Assembly: GCA_963812155.1 (NCBI GenBank)
Contig: CAWETW010000003.1
Span: 704,001-768,000, forward strand
Reading direction: 5' to 3'
Length of the DNA: 64,000 nucleotides
Source of the DNA: Vulcanimicrobiota bacterium
GTDB taxonomy: Bacteria; Vulcanimicrobiota; Vulcanimicrobiia; Vulcanimicrobiales; Vulcanimicrobiaceae
The notes below the pieces were generated by a model. The model did no database searches and was not told the origin of the DNA. It worked only from the letters and a program-made list of their open reading frames with translations. Every line of letters begins with the position of its first letter. Position 1 is the stretch's first letter. Positions 48,834-59,907 of the stretch are shown one piece after another. The position numbers and the translations under genes are program-made.

Positions 48834-51499
48834 CGACCCCCACCGCCGCCGCTAAATTCGTTTTTTTCTTCGACGAGGGCAAAGCGTCGATGAAAAATCT
48901 TCTCGGCGGTAAGGGTGCGGGGCTTGCCGAGATGACGTCGGCGGGGCTGCCGGTTCCATCGGGCTTCACGATCAGCACCGAGGCCTGCTTGGCGTTTTAC
49001 GACTGCGGGCGCCGTTATCCGGAAGGGCTCTCCGAACAGATCGATTTCGCCATGCGCGAACTCGAAAAGCGTACCGGCAAGGGATTCGGGTCGGTCGAAC
49101 ATCCGCTGCTCGTTTCGGTTCGCAGCGGCGCGCGCGTTTCGATGCCGGGTATGATGGACACCATCCTCAACCTCGGATTGAACGACCGAACCGTCGAGAC
49201 GCTGGCCGCCCTCACCAATAATCCGCGGTTTGCATGGGACGCGTATCGCCGTTTCATCACGATGTTCTCCAGCGTCGTGCTCGGCGTGGGTAAGGATCAC
49301 TTCGAGGAACGCCTCGAGGATCTCAAAGCGTCGCTCGGCGTAAAAAACGATCCGCAAGTCGATGCGGAGTCGTGGAAGAAACTCGTGGAGCAGTTCAAAC
49401 GGATCGTACTGGAGACGGCGGGTCGCGAATTTCCGCAAGACGTCCGCGAACAGCTCGACTTAGCGATTGCCGCGGTCTTCGACTCGTGGCACAGCAAGCG
49501 CGCCGTCGATTACCGGCGATTCAATCGTATTCCCGACGATTGGGGCACGGCCGTGACCGTAATGGAGATGGTATTCGGCAACCTCGGCGACGATTCGGGC
49601 ACCGGCGTGGCCTTCACGCGCGATCCCAACACGGGCGAAGCGGTGCTCTTCGGGGAGTACTTGCGCAACGCGCAGGGCGAAGACGTGGTCGCGGGCATCC
49701 GCACGCCCGAAAAGATCGCGAATTTAGAGCAGACGCAGCCCAAAGTGTTCGCGCAGTTTCAAGAGATCGCAAGCCGTCTGGAGCGGCATTATCGTGACAT
49801 GCAAGACCTCGAGTTCACGGTCGAGCGCGGAAAACTGTTCATGCTGCAGACGCGTAACGGGAAGCGCAGCGCGGAAGCGGCCGTAAAGATCGCTCTCGAC
49901 CTCGTCAACGAAGGGCTTATCGATACGCGTCGCGCGGTCGCGATGGTCAACGCGCAGTCGCTCGATCAACTCTTCCACGCTCGCATCGACCCGCACCAGA
50001 AGATCGAGATTGCGGCCAAAGGGTTGAACGCGTCGCCGGGGGCCGCGTGCGGGCAAGTCGTCTTCAGTGCCGACGACGCGGTAGCATGGCATCGCGAGGG
50101 AAAAAAGACGGTGCTCGTGCGCGTGGAGACGACGCCCGACGACGTGCACGGCATGATCGCCGCCGAGGGCGTGCTCACGGCCAAAGGCGGCGCGACCTCG
50201 CATGCCGCCGTCGTCGCGCGCGGCATGGGCAAACCGTGCGTCGCCGGCTGTGAGGCGCTCAACATCGAGCGGCGCACGAAAATGGCGACGATTGCCGGCC
50301 AACCGCTGCACGAGGGCGATTGGATAACGGTCGACGGCACCACGGGGAACGTCGCGCTCGGCGCGCTTACGCTTATTCCGGCGCCCTCGACGCTGCCCGA
50401 TTGGCTGGCGACCTTGCTTTCGTGGGCAGACGAGCTACGCCGCATGGAAGTATGGGCGAACGCCGACACTCCCGAGGACGCGGCCCGCGCGCGGCAACTC
50501 GGAGCGCAGGGCATCGGCCTGTGCCGCACCGAGCATATGTTCATGCAGCAGGACCGCTTGCCGACCGTGCAGCGCATGATCCTCGCGCACGAACCCGAGG
50601 CACGCGAAGAAGCCCTGCGCAAACTGCTTCCCTTCCAGCGCGACGACTTCGCGGGAATTCTCGAAGCGATGCAGGGCCGCCCCGTCACGATACGTCTTCT
50701 GGACCCGCCGCTGCACGAATTCTTACCGTCGCTCGACGATCTGCTCGTCGAGGTGACCGAACTGCGCATCCAACGCGGCAGCGACTCACCCGACTACAAA
50801 ATTAAGGACGCGATCCTTCAGCGCGTGCTGCAGCTGCGCGAACAAAACCCGATGCTGGGGTTGCGGGTCTGCCGCTTGGGCATTCTCTATCCCGAGATCT
50901 ATGCGATGCAGGTGCGCGCGATTTTCGAGGCGGCGTGCGACCTGAAGGGACGCGGCGTCGACGCGCGGCCCGAAGTGATGATTCCCGGCGTCGGCACGAA
51001 AGAGGAGATGCAGATCACGCGCGCAGCGGCCAAGGCGGTCGCCGACGCCGTGCTTGCGGAGCGCGGCGTCGAACTCGACTATCACATCGGCACGATGATC
51101 GAACTTCCGCGAGCCTGCATCGTCGCCGACGAACTGGCGCTGTACGCCGATTTCTTTTCGTTCGGCACCAACGACTTGACCCAAACGACCTATGGCTATA
51201 GTCGCGACGACGCGGAGGCCTCGTTCATTCCGACCTATCTCGAGAAGCGCATTCTCAAGGTGGATCCGTTCCAAGTGCTCGACCGCCGCGGCGTCGGCAC
51301 CCTCATGCGGGATGCGGTCGAGCGCGGTCGCGGCGTGCGCGACACGATCAAAATCGGCATCTGCGGCGAACACGGAGGCGAACCGAGCAGCATCGCTTTC
51401 TGCGAACAGCTCGGGCTCGACTACGTTTCGTGCTCGCCGTATCGCGTTCCGATCGCTCGTTTGGCGGCTGCCCAAGCCGCGATCGGCGCCCTGGATTAG
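48830..51499 (+). CDS. ppdK: pyruvate phosphate dikinase
   Basis: LGGKGAGL, SMPGMMDT, GGATSHAAVVARG, GTNDLTQ and CGEHGG motifs. Confidence 0.98.
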   Translation: MTTPTAAAKFVFFFDEGKASMKNLLGGKGAGLAEMTSAGLPVPSGFTISTEACLAFYDCGRRYPEGLSEQIDFAMRELEKRTGKGFGSVEHPLLVSVRSGARVSMPGMMDTILNLGLNDRTVETLAALTNNPRFAWDAYRRFITMFSSVVLGVGKDHFEERLEDLKASLGVKNDPQVDAESWKKLVEQFKRIVLETAGREFPQDVREQLDLAIAAVFDSWHSKRAVDYRRFNRIPDDWGTAVTVMEMVFGNLGDDSGTGVAFTRDPNTGEAVLFGEYLRNAQGEDVVAGIRTPEKIANLEQTQPKVFAQFQEIASRLERHYRDMQDLEFTVERGKLFMLQTRNGKRSAEAAVKIALDLVNEGLIDTRRAVAMVNAQSLDQLFHARIDPHQKIEIAAKGLNASPGAACGQVVFSADDAVAWHREGKKTVLVRVETTPDDVHGMIAAEGVLTAKGGATSHAAVVARGMGKPCVAGCEALNIERRTKMATIAGQPLHEGDWITVDGTTGNVALGALTLIPAPSTLPDWLATLLSWADELRRMEVWANADTPEDAARARQLGAQGIGLCRTEHMFMQQDRLPTVQRMILAHEPEAREEALRKLLPFQRDDFAGILEAMQGRPVTIRLLDPPLHEFLPSLDDLLVEVTELRIQRGSDSPDYKIKDAILQRVLQLREQNPMLGLRVCRLGILYPEIYAMQVRAIFEAACDLKGRGVDARPEVMIPGVGTKEEMQITRAAAKAVADAVLAERGVELDYHIGTMIELPRACIVADELALYADFFSFGTNDLTQTTYGYSRDDAEASFIPTYLEKRILKVDPFQVLDRRGVGTLMRDAVERGRGVRDTIKIGICGEHGGEPSSIAFCEQLGLDYVSCSPYRVPIARLAAAQAAIGALD

Positions 51500-52698
51500 C
51501 GCCCAACGATTGCGGCACAGAGGCGGCGGGCTTCGGCGACGTCGACGTTTTGACGCCTCACGAACAACTTGCGCCAATACGCCTTTCCCGTGAGTTTCGC
51601 GATGAGATCTGAGACTTCGCGCGCGTCGGCAAGTGCGTTGCCGGTGCCCACCCAGACGGTGTGTTCGTGCCCGACTCCGAGCGGAAGACGGTGCAGCACC
51701 TGCGACTGCTCGTCGGCCCACACGTTTTGCGAGCCGAAGGCTTCGGAGAGCGCGCGTTCGCACGCCTCGTACTTGCGCAAATCGCGCTCGGCGTTGAACT
51801 CGACGGCGAGCGCGTACACGACGATTCGTTCGCGCAAGGCGCGCGCTGCGTCGCTTTGATGGTCGGCGAGTTCGTTGAGCACGCGGAAGTCGTCCCAGCG
51901 CGCGAACTCGCGAATCGGATCGAGAGCGCGAGGATCCGGCCAGAGCTCGCGCAGCACGTCTTGCAGCACGCGTTCGAAAATCCGCGTCGTGTGATGGAAG
52001 TAGACGGACGCGAACATCATGTAGCGCGCCATCACGAACGACTCGAGCGCGACGACGCCGCGCGCGTCGATGCCCATGACGACGCGTCCGTCGCGTTGGT
52101 AGAGCCGCAGCGACGCGACGAGTTGTTCGGCATCGTACCGGCCCGTCGCGATTCCGGTAAAGTAGGCGTCGCGTTGGAGATAATCCATCCGATCGGCGTC
52201 CAGATTCGGGCCGCTCACCAGTTCCCGCAGCGCCGGGTACCGGCTCTCGGGCTCGCCGAGGATGAGTCCGAGCACTTCGAGCGGATCGACTTCGAGCGCT
52301 TCAAGTGCCGCGCGAACGTCGGGAAGCGCGAGCAGTTCGCCCGTGCGTTCCTCGTGACGAACGCCCAGCACCGCCTCGCAGGCGTGGCTGAACGGTCCAT
52401 GCCCGACATCGTGCAGCAGCAGCGCGGCTCGCACCAGTCGCCGCTGCCGGTCGACGTCGGCCGCATCCGCGAAAAACTCTGGGCCTTGGCGGACCAACTC
52501 GTCGAAGGCGCGCGTGCCCATCGCGAGCGCTCCCAGCGCATGGCTGAAGCGCGAATGCTCCGCCGACGGAAACGCGAGGTAGGCCAGGCCGAGCTGGCGC
52601 AGACGGCGCAGGCGCTGCATGACCGGAAGGTCGAGCAGGCGCGCCTCCGTATCCGAAAGTCCGATGAAGTGATGGACCGGATCGAAGATACGCTTCAC
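51496..52698 (-). CDS. HD-domain phosphohydrolase (YwfO/SAMHD1-like dNTPase)
   Basis: DPVH, QRLRRLRQLG, HSRFSH, LHDVGHGPFSH and DADRMDYL motifs. Confidence 0.9.
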   Translation of the reverse strand: MKRIFDPVHHFIGLSDTEARLLDLPVMQRLRRLRQLGLAYLAFPSAEHSRFSHALGALAMGTRAFDELVRQGPEFFADAADVDRQRRLVRAALLLHDVGHGPFSHACEAVLGVRHEERTGELLALPDVRAALEALEVDPLEVLGLILGEPESRYPALRELVSGPNLDADRMDYLQRDAYFTGIATGRYDAEQLVASLRLYQRDGRVVMGIDARGVVALESFVMARYMMFASVYFHHTTRIFERVLQDVLRELWPDPRALDPIREFARWDDFRVLNELADHQSDAARALRERIVVYALAVEFNAERDLRKYEACERALSEAFGSQNVWADEQSQVLHRLPLGVGHEHTVWVGTGNALADAREVSDLIAKLTGKAYWRKLFVRRQNVDVAEARRLCAAIVGR

Positions 52699-52784
52699 CG
52701 CGGGGCTGTTTCCGGCACGAGGGCGGCGCTCCTCGCGCCGGTGCGCCGGCACGAAAACGCGCGGCGGTGTAGAAGGTTGCGCGA

Positions 52785-54575
52785 GTGAGATTCGATCGGA
52801 CGGCGATCGCCGAGATTCACGCTCGCCTCGACATTGCGCGCGTGATCGGCGAGTACGTGCCGTTGAAAAAACGCGGCAACGATCTGGTCGGCCTGTGTCC
52901 GTTTCACGGCGAGAAGACGCCTTCGTTTCACGTCCATCCCGATCGCGGTTTCTTCAAGTGCTTCGGATGCGGCGCCGGCGGCGACGCGATTGCCTTCGTG
53001 CAGCGGATCGAGAACGTGCCGTTCGCCGACGCCGTCCGAACGCTCGCCGCAAAAGCCGGCGTCGAACTGGAGCCGGAGAATCCGGGCGCCGCGCGCGCGC
53101 GTACCGAACGGGAAGCAATCTACGAAGCCAACCGCATTGCGGCGGCATACTTCGCACGAATGCTCGGCAGCGACGCAGGACGCCGTGCACGCGCGTATTG
53201 CGCGCAGCGCGGCCTCGCCGACGAAACCGCGGCAGCGTTTGCACTTGGCTACGCCCCGGATTCCTGGAGCGGGCTCGTCGACGAGCTCGAGCGTGCAGGC
53301 GTGGGCTTGAGCGTTGCCGCTTCGGCCGGACTACTGAAACCCGGGCAGCGCGGTTACTACGATTTCTATCGCGATCGCCTGATGGTCCCGACGTACTCCA
53401 CGACCGGCGAAGTCATCGCGTTCGGCGGCCGGGCGCTCGGCGATGGCGAGCCGAAATATCTCAACACGACGACCACGCCGGTGTACGTCAAGGGACGGCA
53501 TCTCTACGCCCTCAACGTCGCGCGCCGTGCCGCGCAGGCCGACCGCACGCTCATCGTGGTCGAGGGCTACCTGGATTGCATCGCGCTCCACCAGGCCGGC
53601 TTCAAAAATACCGTGGCGGCGCTCGGTACGGCGTTTACGCCGGAGCAGGCGACCGAGCTTCGGAAGTACGCCGATTACGTGTTCTTGTGTTTCGACGGCG
53701 ACGCCGCCGGCAGTGCGGCTGCAACCAAAGCGGTCGACATCGCGTCTAAGAGCATCGAGCATGCGGGCTCCGCCGTCCGCATCGTGATGCTTCCTCCGGG
53801 CGACGACCCCGACGGCTTCGTACGCCGGTCGGGCGCAGAGGCGTTCCGAAAACTGCTCGACGACGCAAAGCCCGCTATTGCTTTCCGTATCGATGCCGAA
53901 ATCGAGCGCTTTCGAGCCGGGTTCGAATCCCCGGCCGCGCTGGCGCCGAAGGCGGAGGCGCTGATACGGGAAATGGTGCCCCGCGAGGAATGGGATCGCT
54001 GGCGCGTTTACGTTGCAGGCAGGCTGCAGGTGAGCGCCGACGACCTTCGGAATAGCCGGTTCCTCGCAAACAGCGCGAACTTCGCACCACGTTCGGAGGA
54101 TCGTCGCCTCGACAGCCGCCACGTGCGTGCGTCGATGGAACCGCTCTCTTTCGAACGCGAGGTCGTGGGCATTCTACTCGAGGAACCGGCCCTGGCCGAG
54201 GAATTCGGCGAGCGCATCTCCGCGGAACGATTTCGCAACGATCTCTACCGGCGAATCTACGAACGCATCGTAGGCGCCGGTGGAACCGTAACGAGCACCG
54301 GCGACGTTTTCGGATTGTTTGGCGAAGACCAGGCAAGCCTCGACGCCCTGGCGGCACTGGGAGCGCGCGATCGAAGTTCGGCGGTACGTTACAGCGGTTC
54401 CGAGGAACGGCGCGCGCATCTCGAGCGGGTCGTCGAACGCTTGCAGCAGGACGAGGCGCTGCAGCGGTACCGCGAACTCTCGCGGTCGATCGACGAGGAA
54501 CTGAGCGCCGGCCGTCCGGTCTCTTCGCAAGTTCGCGACGAGTTCGACGCTCTGGTAGCGAGATTAAAGCGGTGA
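52785..54575 (+). CDS. dnaG: DNA primase
   Basis: [24 protein letters not shown] and EGYLD motifs. Confidence 0.97.
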   Translation: MRFDRTAIAEIHARLDIARVIGEYVPLKKRGNDLVGLCPFHGEKTPSFHVHPDRGFFKCFGCGAGGDAIAFVQRIENVPFADAVRTLAAKAGVELEPENPGAARARTEREAIYEANRIAAAYFARMLGSDAGRRARAYCAQRGLADETAAAFALGYAPDSWSGLVDELERAGVGLSVAASAGLLKPGQRGYYDFYRDRLMVPTYSTTGEVIAFGGRALGDGEPKYLNTTTTPVYVKGRHLYALNVARRAAQADRTLIVVEGYLDCIALHQAGFKNTVAALGTAFTPEQATELRKYADYVFLCFDGDAAGSAAATKAVDIASKSIEHAGSAVRIVMLPPGDDPDGFVRRSGAEAFRKLLDDAKPAIAFRIDAEIERFRAGFESPAALAPKAEALIREMVPREEWDRWRVYVAGRLQVSADDLRNSRFLANSANFAPRSEDRRLDSRHVRASMEPLSFEREVVGILLEEPALAEEFGERISAERFRNDLYRRIYERIVGAGGTVTSTGDVFGLFGEDQASLDALAALGARDRSSAVRYSGSEERRAHLERVVERLQQDEALQRYRELSRSIDEELSAGRPVSSQVRDEFDALVARLKR

Positions 54576-54601
54576 GGGGCGAAAGCAACGGTTTTGGGAA
54601 A

Positions 54602-55807
54602 ATGAGCGACGATTTGGAACGAAAGGGGGTGAAAAACAAAGTGGCTCGCAAAAAGGGCGGCGCCGCCGTGGCCGACGCGCCTCCGGCGACTCTCGACGAA
54701 CTCAAAAAGAAGCTGCTGGCGCGCGGCAAAAGCCAGGGCTCGCTCACCTATGAAGAAATCAACGCAGCGTTCGACGCGCTCGAAGAGGTGACGCCCGAGC
54801 AACTCGACGAGTTTTTCGAAGAGATTACGGCCGCCGGCATCGAGATCGCCGACGATCAAAAAGACGAGAAGCCCGAAGCCGAGGGCGAGGAAGAGCCCGA
54901 AGAGCCGATTCCCGACGGGCTTTCGCTCGACGATCCCGTTCGCATGTATCTCAAGGAGATCGGCCGGGTTCCGCTGCTATCGATGGAGCAAGAGAAATCG
55001 CTGGCGATGCGCATCGAAGCCGGCGAGTTGGAATCGCGCCGCGACGGCGTTGCGGACTTGGCGCTGACGGATTCGGGCGAAGAGGCCAAACGCCAGCTCA
55101 CCGAAGCCAATCTCCGTCTCGTCGTTTCGATCGCCAAGAAATACGTCGGGCGCGGCATGCTGTTCTTGGATCTCATTCAGGAGGGCAATCTCGGATTGAT
55201 CCGCGCGGTCGAAAAATTCGACTATCGCAAGGGCTACAAGTTTTCCACCTATGCGACGTGGTGGATCCGCCAAGCGATTACACGCGCACTCGCCGATCAA
55301 GCCCGCACGATCCGGATACCCGTGCATATGGTCGAGACGATCAATCGCTTGATCAAAGTCTCGCGCCAGCTACTGCAGGAACTGGGCCGCGAGCCTTCGG
55401 TCGACGAGATCGCCGAAGCGATGGGGCTCACTCCCGAAAAAGTGCGCGAGGTCATGAAGATTTCGCAGGAGCCGATCTCGCTGGAGACGCCCATAGGCGA
55501 AGAGGAAGACTCGCACCTCGGCGATTTCATCGAAGACCAGGAGGCGGTCGCTCCCGCAGAGGCGGCCTCCGTAATGCTGCTCAAAGAGAAAATGCAGGAC
55601 GTTCTGCAAAACCTGACCGAGCGCGAGCGCAAGGTGCTCGTGCTGCGTTTCGGCCTGGAAGACGGGCATCAGCGGACGCTCGAGGAGGTCGGCCAGGAGT
55701 TCGGCGTGACGCGCGAGCGGATCCGGCAAATCGAGGCCAAAGCCTTACGGAAGCTGCGCCACCCGTCACGCGGCAAAGCGCTTAAAGACTATTGGAGCAA
55801 CGAGTAG
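54602..55807 (+). CDS. rpoD: primary RNA polymerase sigma factor
   Basis: [25 protein letters not shown] and [13 protein letters not shown] motifs. Confidence 0.98.
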   Translation: MSDDLERKGVKNKVARKKGGAAVADAPPATLDELKKKLLARGKSQGSLTYEEINAAFDALEEVTPEQLDEFFEEITAAGIEIADDQKDEKPEAEGEEEPEEPIPDGLSLDDPVRMYLKEIGRVPLLSMEQEKSLAMRIEAGELESRRDGVADLALTDSGEEAKRQLTEANLRLVVSIAKKYVGRGMLFLDLIQEGNLGLIRAVEKFDYRKGYKFSTYATWWIRQAITRALADQARTIRIPVHMVETINRLIKVSRQLLQELGREPSVDEIAEAMGLTPEKVREVMKISQEPISLETPIGEEEDSHLGDFIEDQEAVAPAEAASVMLLKEKMQDVLQNLTERERKVLVLRFGLEDGHQRTLEEVGQEFGVTRERIRQIEAKALRKLRHPSRGKALKDYWSNE

Positions 55808-55849
55808 CGGCCCAAGCGTAACGGCGCGCCGCGCCAGGACGTTTATCAG

Positions 55850-56521
55850 ATGATGCTTTTTGCAGCCTGGCTGGCCGTCGCGCTGGCTCTGCCGGTGACG
55901 GCGCCCTCGCCCTCGCCCGCCCCCTCATCCTCGCCGCGCGATCTCAAAACGATCGTCACGGTCATTTCGTCGCCGTACTGCAACGCGCTCGCGCAGCATT
56001 TCAACGGCGCGCTAGTGCCGATGCTGGGCAACGATCGCGTCTTCAACAGCGTCAGCGTCCAGCTCGACGACATGAACGCGATGTTCAACTATCCCGACTA
56101 CGCCAACCGTTTTCTGGACCTTCGCACGAAGATCGTCAAGGAGTCGGATTCCCTGGTGAAGTCGCTCTATCCGATTCGTGAACAGATCGACCAACTGAAT
56201 CAGGCGGCCTCGCAATCGCAGGATGCTGCGGCCTCCAAGCAGCTGCGCGACGCGGCCTCACAACTCCAGGACGCGTACCGGCATCAGTTCCAACTCTCGA
56301 CCGACCTTACGAGCCTCGCTCAGTCGATGCTGCAGTACGACGTTACCGCCCATCCGCATCCGCTCAACGGCTGGACTTTGCAAGAACAAGCGATGCCCGC
56401 CGACGAGAAAAACATCAAAGTGTACCTGCACTTCGACAAGCAGCGGACCAGCATCGACAGCGCTGAAGACAAAGCCGTCGACATCGCCTACGACATCGCG
56501 CAGACCCGCTGCACGAAGTAG
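55850..56521 (+). CDS. secreted helical hypothetical protein
   Basis: Signal peptide; LKTIVTVISSPYC; coiled-coil body. Confidence 0.6.
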   Translation: MMLFAAWLAVALALPVTAPSPSPAPSSSPRDLKTIVTVISSPYCNALAQHFNGALVPMLGNDRVFNSVSVQLDDMNAMFNYPDYANRFLDLRTKIVKESDSLVKSLYPIREQIDQLNQAASQSQDAAASKQLRDAASQLQDAYRHQFQLSTDLTSLAQSMLQYDVTAHPHPLNGWTLQEQAMPADEKNIKVYLHFDKQRTSIDSAEDKAVDIAYDIAQTRCTK

Positions 56522-56537
56522 CGCGCGCTAAAGCGTG

Positions 56538-57215
56538 CTACATATCGTCTTTTTCGGCGTTGGCCGACGGGACGACGAGCGGGTTTTTATCGGCGAAGGC
56601 GCCGTTGGGATTGGGCTTGACCCACACGATGAGATCCCAAAGCGACGGGAATAAAAAGACGCGCTTGACGTCGGCGACGTTTTTCGCGATGCCCATTTTT
56701 ACGAGCGTCTCGGCTTGCGGATCGTCGACGCTGCCGCCGGCTGCGGTAAACTTCTTCGCGCTCAGCCCGCCGTAGGTCTCGGTGCCGTTGGGGCCGGCGA
56801 GAATATAGTGCACGTGTTCGCGAAACGAAATCCAGCGCTGGTACTTGACGCCCCACAGTTTAGGCGGCTCGGCCGACTGGCTCTGCGGCACCGAGAAGTC
56901 GGCGCCGAGGAGATTTCCGTGCACGTCGTACCACAGCTGGCTTGGTTCTTGCGGCGATCCGCTGTTCCACTTGAGGTTCGCGTAGCTGATCGCTCCGGTC
57001 GAATCTTCGTTGCCGTACCGGAAGTAGCCGGCCTGTTCGGCGGCTTGCGGCGTTGCGAATCGCGAGTTGAGATCTTTTTGGATCGAGACGATGAATGCCG
57101 TTTCGGTGCCTTGCGGCATCGGCGAAAGCGACGCTTTCGGTGCAGGAGTAGCGGCGATGGCGGTGCCGGCGGTGCAAAACAGCGCCGCGGCGACGGCCCA
57201 TGTGCGAATGGTCAC
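56538..57215 (-). CDS. secreted hypothetical protein
   Basis: Signal peptide; AEQAGY...PSQLWYD..G.LLGAD and WV.PNPNGAFA..NP motifs. Confidence 0.65.
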   Translation of the reverse strand: MTIRTWAVAAALFCTAGTAIAATPAPKASLSPMPQGTETAFIVSIQKDLNSRFATPQAAEQAGYFRYGNEDSTGAISYANLKWNSGSPQEPSQLWYDVHGNLLGADFSVPQSQSAEPPKLWGVKYQRWISFREHVHYILAGPNGTETYGGLSAKKFTAAGGSVDDPQAETLVKMGIAKNVADVKRVFLFPSLWDLIVWVKPNPNGAFADKNPLVVPSANAEKDDM

Positions 57216-57229
57216 GCGGGAGCCCTTTC

Positions 57230-58039
57230 TTACGGAGAAGCAGAAGCCGCCGGCGTCGGCGTAGGAGGCTCCGGCGTCGGCCAAGGTGTCGGCGTTGGTG
57301 TCGTCAACGGAGGGGGCGTTTTCCTGCTCTTGCTTCCCCCCGCCGGACCGAACGGCGTCGCCGGCGGCTGCGTCGGAAACGTCGCTTTGGGCATCAGCAG
57401 ATCTTGCGTGGGCGGATGCGGCGTTTGGATCGCAACGGTTCCGTTTGCAAGCACGGTCAGCGTGGCTTCGGTGCGTGCCGGCAGTTCGGAGCCCGCCTTG
57501 AGCACGAAATTCTTCCCAGAGCGGAAGATGTGGTAGAGGAAGTGGTAGGGGATCACCTGATCTTCGATCGTGTCCTCCCACTCGACCGTCGACTCGTGAC
57601 CGGCAGAAATGTGCGGTTCGAGGCGTCCGACGGGAGCGCGCAACGGCAACGTTCGCCCGTCCGGAAGCGTCATCGGCTCGAAGAAGACGTCGATGAAACC
57701 ATAGACGTCGCCGATGTCGGCCGCCGACGAGTCGACGATGCGGATTTGAACGGCCGTTCCCGCGGGAGCCACGATATGGCCGCCGACCGAGAGCGCATCC
57801 CTGAGATGCGCCGGCACGATTTGACCGGCGTGCGATGAACTGGAAGACAGCGCACCGTCGAGCACCAGGGTCAGATTTGAATCGAACGGCAGCGTATTTC
57901 CCGCCGGCGCCGGGCTTGGCGTCGTCGATGCCGTTGGCGCGGGCGTGGGCGTTACCGGATAGGCCGCGACCGAACCCGCGCCGAGCAAAACGAGCGCCGC
58001 GAATGCGCCGCCGGCCGCGGCCGGCGCGCGCGTGGAGCG
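57230..58039 (-). CDS. secreted hypothetical protein with Pro/Thr-rich ends (start uncertain)
   Basis: Signal-like segment; L...LSS...AGQ.V.AHL.D.L beta domain. Confidence 0.55.
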   Translation of the reverse strand, partial: RSTRAPAAAGGAFAALVLLGAGSVAAYPVTPTPAPTASTTPSPAPAGNTLPFDSNLTLVLDGALSSSSSHAGQIVPAHLRDALSVGGHIVAPAGTAVQIRIVDSSAADIGDVYGFIDVFFEPMTLPDGRTLPLRAPVGRLEPHISAGHESTVEWEDTIEDQVIPYHFLYHIFRSGKNFVLKAGSELPARTEATLTVLANGTVAIQTPHPPTQDLLMPKATFPTQPPATPFGPAGGSKSRKTPPPLTTPTPTPWPTPEPPTPTPAASASP

Positions 58040-58040
58040 C

Positions 58041-58376
58041 TTAGCTGGCGCGCCGCTCGCGGGCTTCGGCCGAGGCGCGTTTTCCTTCTTCGATGAGCTG
58101 CTTAACTCGTTGGCCACCTTTTTGTCCGATGCGTTCGTAGAAGTTGGGTCCGTAGCGATCGCGTGTCGCTTCGCCGCCCTTCTTTCCACCTTTCTTGCCG
58201 ATTTGCTCGTAAAACTCGTGGCCGTGCGCCTCTTTGGTCGCCAGCCCGCCCTTACGGCCGATCTGTTCGTAAAACTCAGGACCGTAACGCTTCTTGACGG
58301 CCTCGCCGCCTTTTTGACCCGCTTCGCGGACGGACATTCCGCCGGAGCGTTTGGATGGTTCGAGGGTCCCTGACAT
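58041..58376 (-). CDS. KGG-repeat general stress protein (GsiB-like)
   Basis: Repeated GxEFYEQIGxKGG. Confidence 0.9.
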   Translation of the reverse strand: MSGTLEPSKRSGGMSVREAGQKGGEAVKKRYGPEFYEQIGRKGGLATKEAHGHEFYEQIGKKGGKKGGEATRDRYGPNFYERIGQKGGQRVKQLIEEGKRASAEARERRAS

Positions 58377-58532
58377 GTTGCGTTCTTTCACCTTGTTGGT
58401 TCGTGCCGTCCCTGGCGGACGGCGGTACCTTTCACTCTCCTAGAACGCAAGCGCGGGCTCGAAAGTTGGTACCGGCGACGTTTGCGCCCATAAACTTGAG
58501 CGGATTGATGACTTAAGTCGTGACCGATTCAT

Positions 58533-58982
58533 CTAAAATTCACGTTTTGAGTCGAGCAGCAGCGTCACGGGCCCGGCGTTGACGAGTTCGACGTCCATGT
58601 CGGCGCCAAACTCACCGTAGGCGACGCGCACGCCGCGCGCCGCGATCTCACGACCGACGCGATCGAAGAGCGTGCGCGCGAGTTCTCCCTTCATCGCGCG
58701 CGCGAACGACGGACGCCGGCCCTTGCGCGCGTCGCCGTGGAGCGTGAACTGCGAGACGAGCAAAACCGCACCGGCAACGTCGGTCACGCAACGATTCATC
58801 AATCCTTCGCCGTCGGCAAAGATGCGCAGTCCGCAGATCTTTTCCGCGAGCCATGCGGCATCGGAGACGCCGTCGTCGACGCCGATGCTTGCGAGCACCA
58901 GCAGGCCGCTTCCGATGTCGCCGGCAATGCGGTCGCCGACGCGTACGCACGCGCGCGAAACGCGCTGCACGACCGCGCGCAC
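58533..58982 (-). CDS. dtd: D-aminoacyl-tRNA deacylase
   Basis: RAVVQRV, SQFTL, KGRRPSF and NAGPVT motifs. Confidence 0.95.
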   Translation of the reverse strand: MRAVVQRVSRACVRVGDRIAGDIGSGLLVLASIGVDDGVSDAAWLAEKICGLRIFADGEGLMNRCVTDVAGAVLLVSQFTLHGDARKGRRPSFARAMKGELARTLFDRVGREIAARGVRVAYGEFGADMDVELVNAGPVTLLLDSKREF

Positions 58983-58989
58983 GTGCCGG

Positions 58990-59883
58990 CTACTTCGAAA
59001 ACATCGAGGAGAGCGCGAACAATGCGTTCTCGCGACGCTCGAGGACGCGACGGTAGAAGTAACCCGCCCAATGCGTTCCAAACGGCACGTACACGCGCAG
59101 GCGGTAGCCCTCCGCGACGAGCTGCCGCTGAACGTTCGGACGGCATCCGTACAGCATTTGAAACTCGAAGCGTTCGGGTGCGATGCCTTCTGCGGCGACG
59201 AACTCCTTGACGCGCGCGATCAACCGGCGATCGTGCGTGGCGATACCGGGATAGGTTCCGCGCATGAGGAGTTCGCGCGCAAGCCGGATGAAGTTTTCAC
59301 GAATCTCCGGCATGCTCCGATAGGCGATTTCCGGCGGTTCCTTATAGGCTCCCTTGCAAAGCCGCACGCGCGCGCGCAGTTCGATCGCGCGCCGGACGTC
59401 GCCGGCGGTGCGCTTCAAGTACGCCTGCAGCACGATGCCGACGTTCTGTTCGCGCGCGAAAGCGCGTTCGAAGACTCGCAGCGTCGCCTCGGTTACGGCC
59501 GAGCCCTCCATATCGATGCGGACGAAGGGATCGGCGTTCGCGCGAGCGCGCTGCACGACGCGCAGCAAATTCTCTAGGGCAAAGTCTTCGCCGACGAGCA
59601 AGCCCATCGCCGTGAGCTTCACCGAGACGTTCGAATCCACGCCGCTGCGTGAAAGAGCGTCGAGGATCCGCACGTACGTGTCGGCGGTTTCGACGGCGGC
59701 TTTGCGCTCGAGCACGTCTTCGCCGAGATAGTCGAGCGTCGCGGACATGCCGCGCGCGTTGAGTTCCCGGACGGTCTCGATCGCGGCGTCGATCGTCTCG
59801 CCGGGCACGAAGCGCTTGGCGAGAAAGAAGAAGTTTTTTTGGAAACCGGAGTCCGGAGCGAACAAGCGATCGAGAACCGCCAT
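58990..59883 (-). CDS. monofunctional proline dehydrogenase
   Basis: RFVPGE, IDME, RLCKGAY, ATHD and RRVLER motifs. Confidence 0.93.
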   Translation of the reverse strand: MAVLDRLFAPDSGFQKNFFFLAKRFVPGETIDAAIETVRELNARGMSATLDYLGEDVLERKAAVETADTYVRILDALSRSGVDSNVSVKLTAMGLLVGEDFALENLLRVVQRARANADPFVRIDMEGSAVTEATLRVFERAFAREQNVGIVLQAYLKRTAGDVRRAIELRARVRLCKGAYKEPPEIAYRSMPEIRENFIRLARELLMRGTYPGIATHDRRLIARVKEFVAAEGIAPERFEFQMLYGCRPNVQRQLVAEGYRLRVYVPFGTHWAGYFYRRVLERRENALFALSSMFSK

Positions 59884-59907
59884 GCGTCAACCTCGTAGGT
59901 GGGTGCC

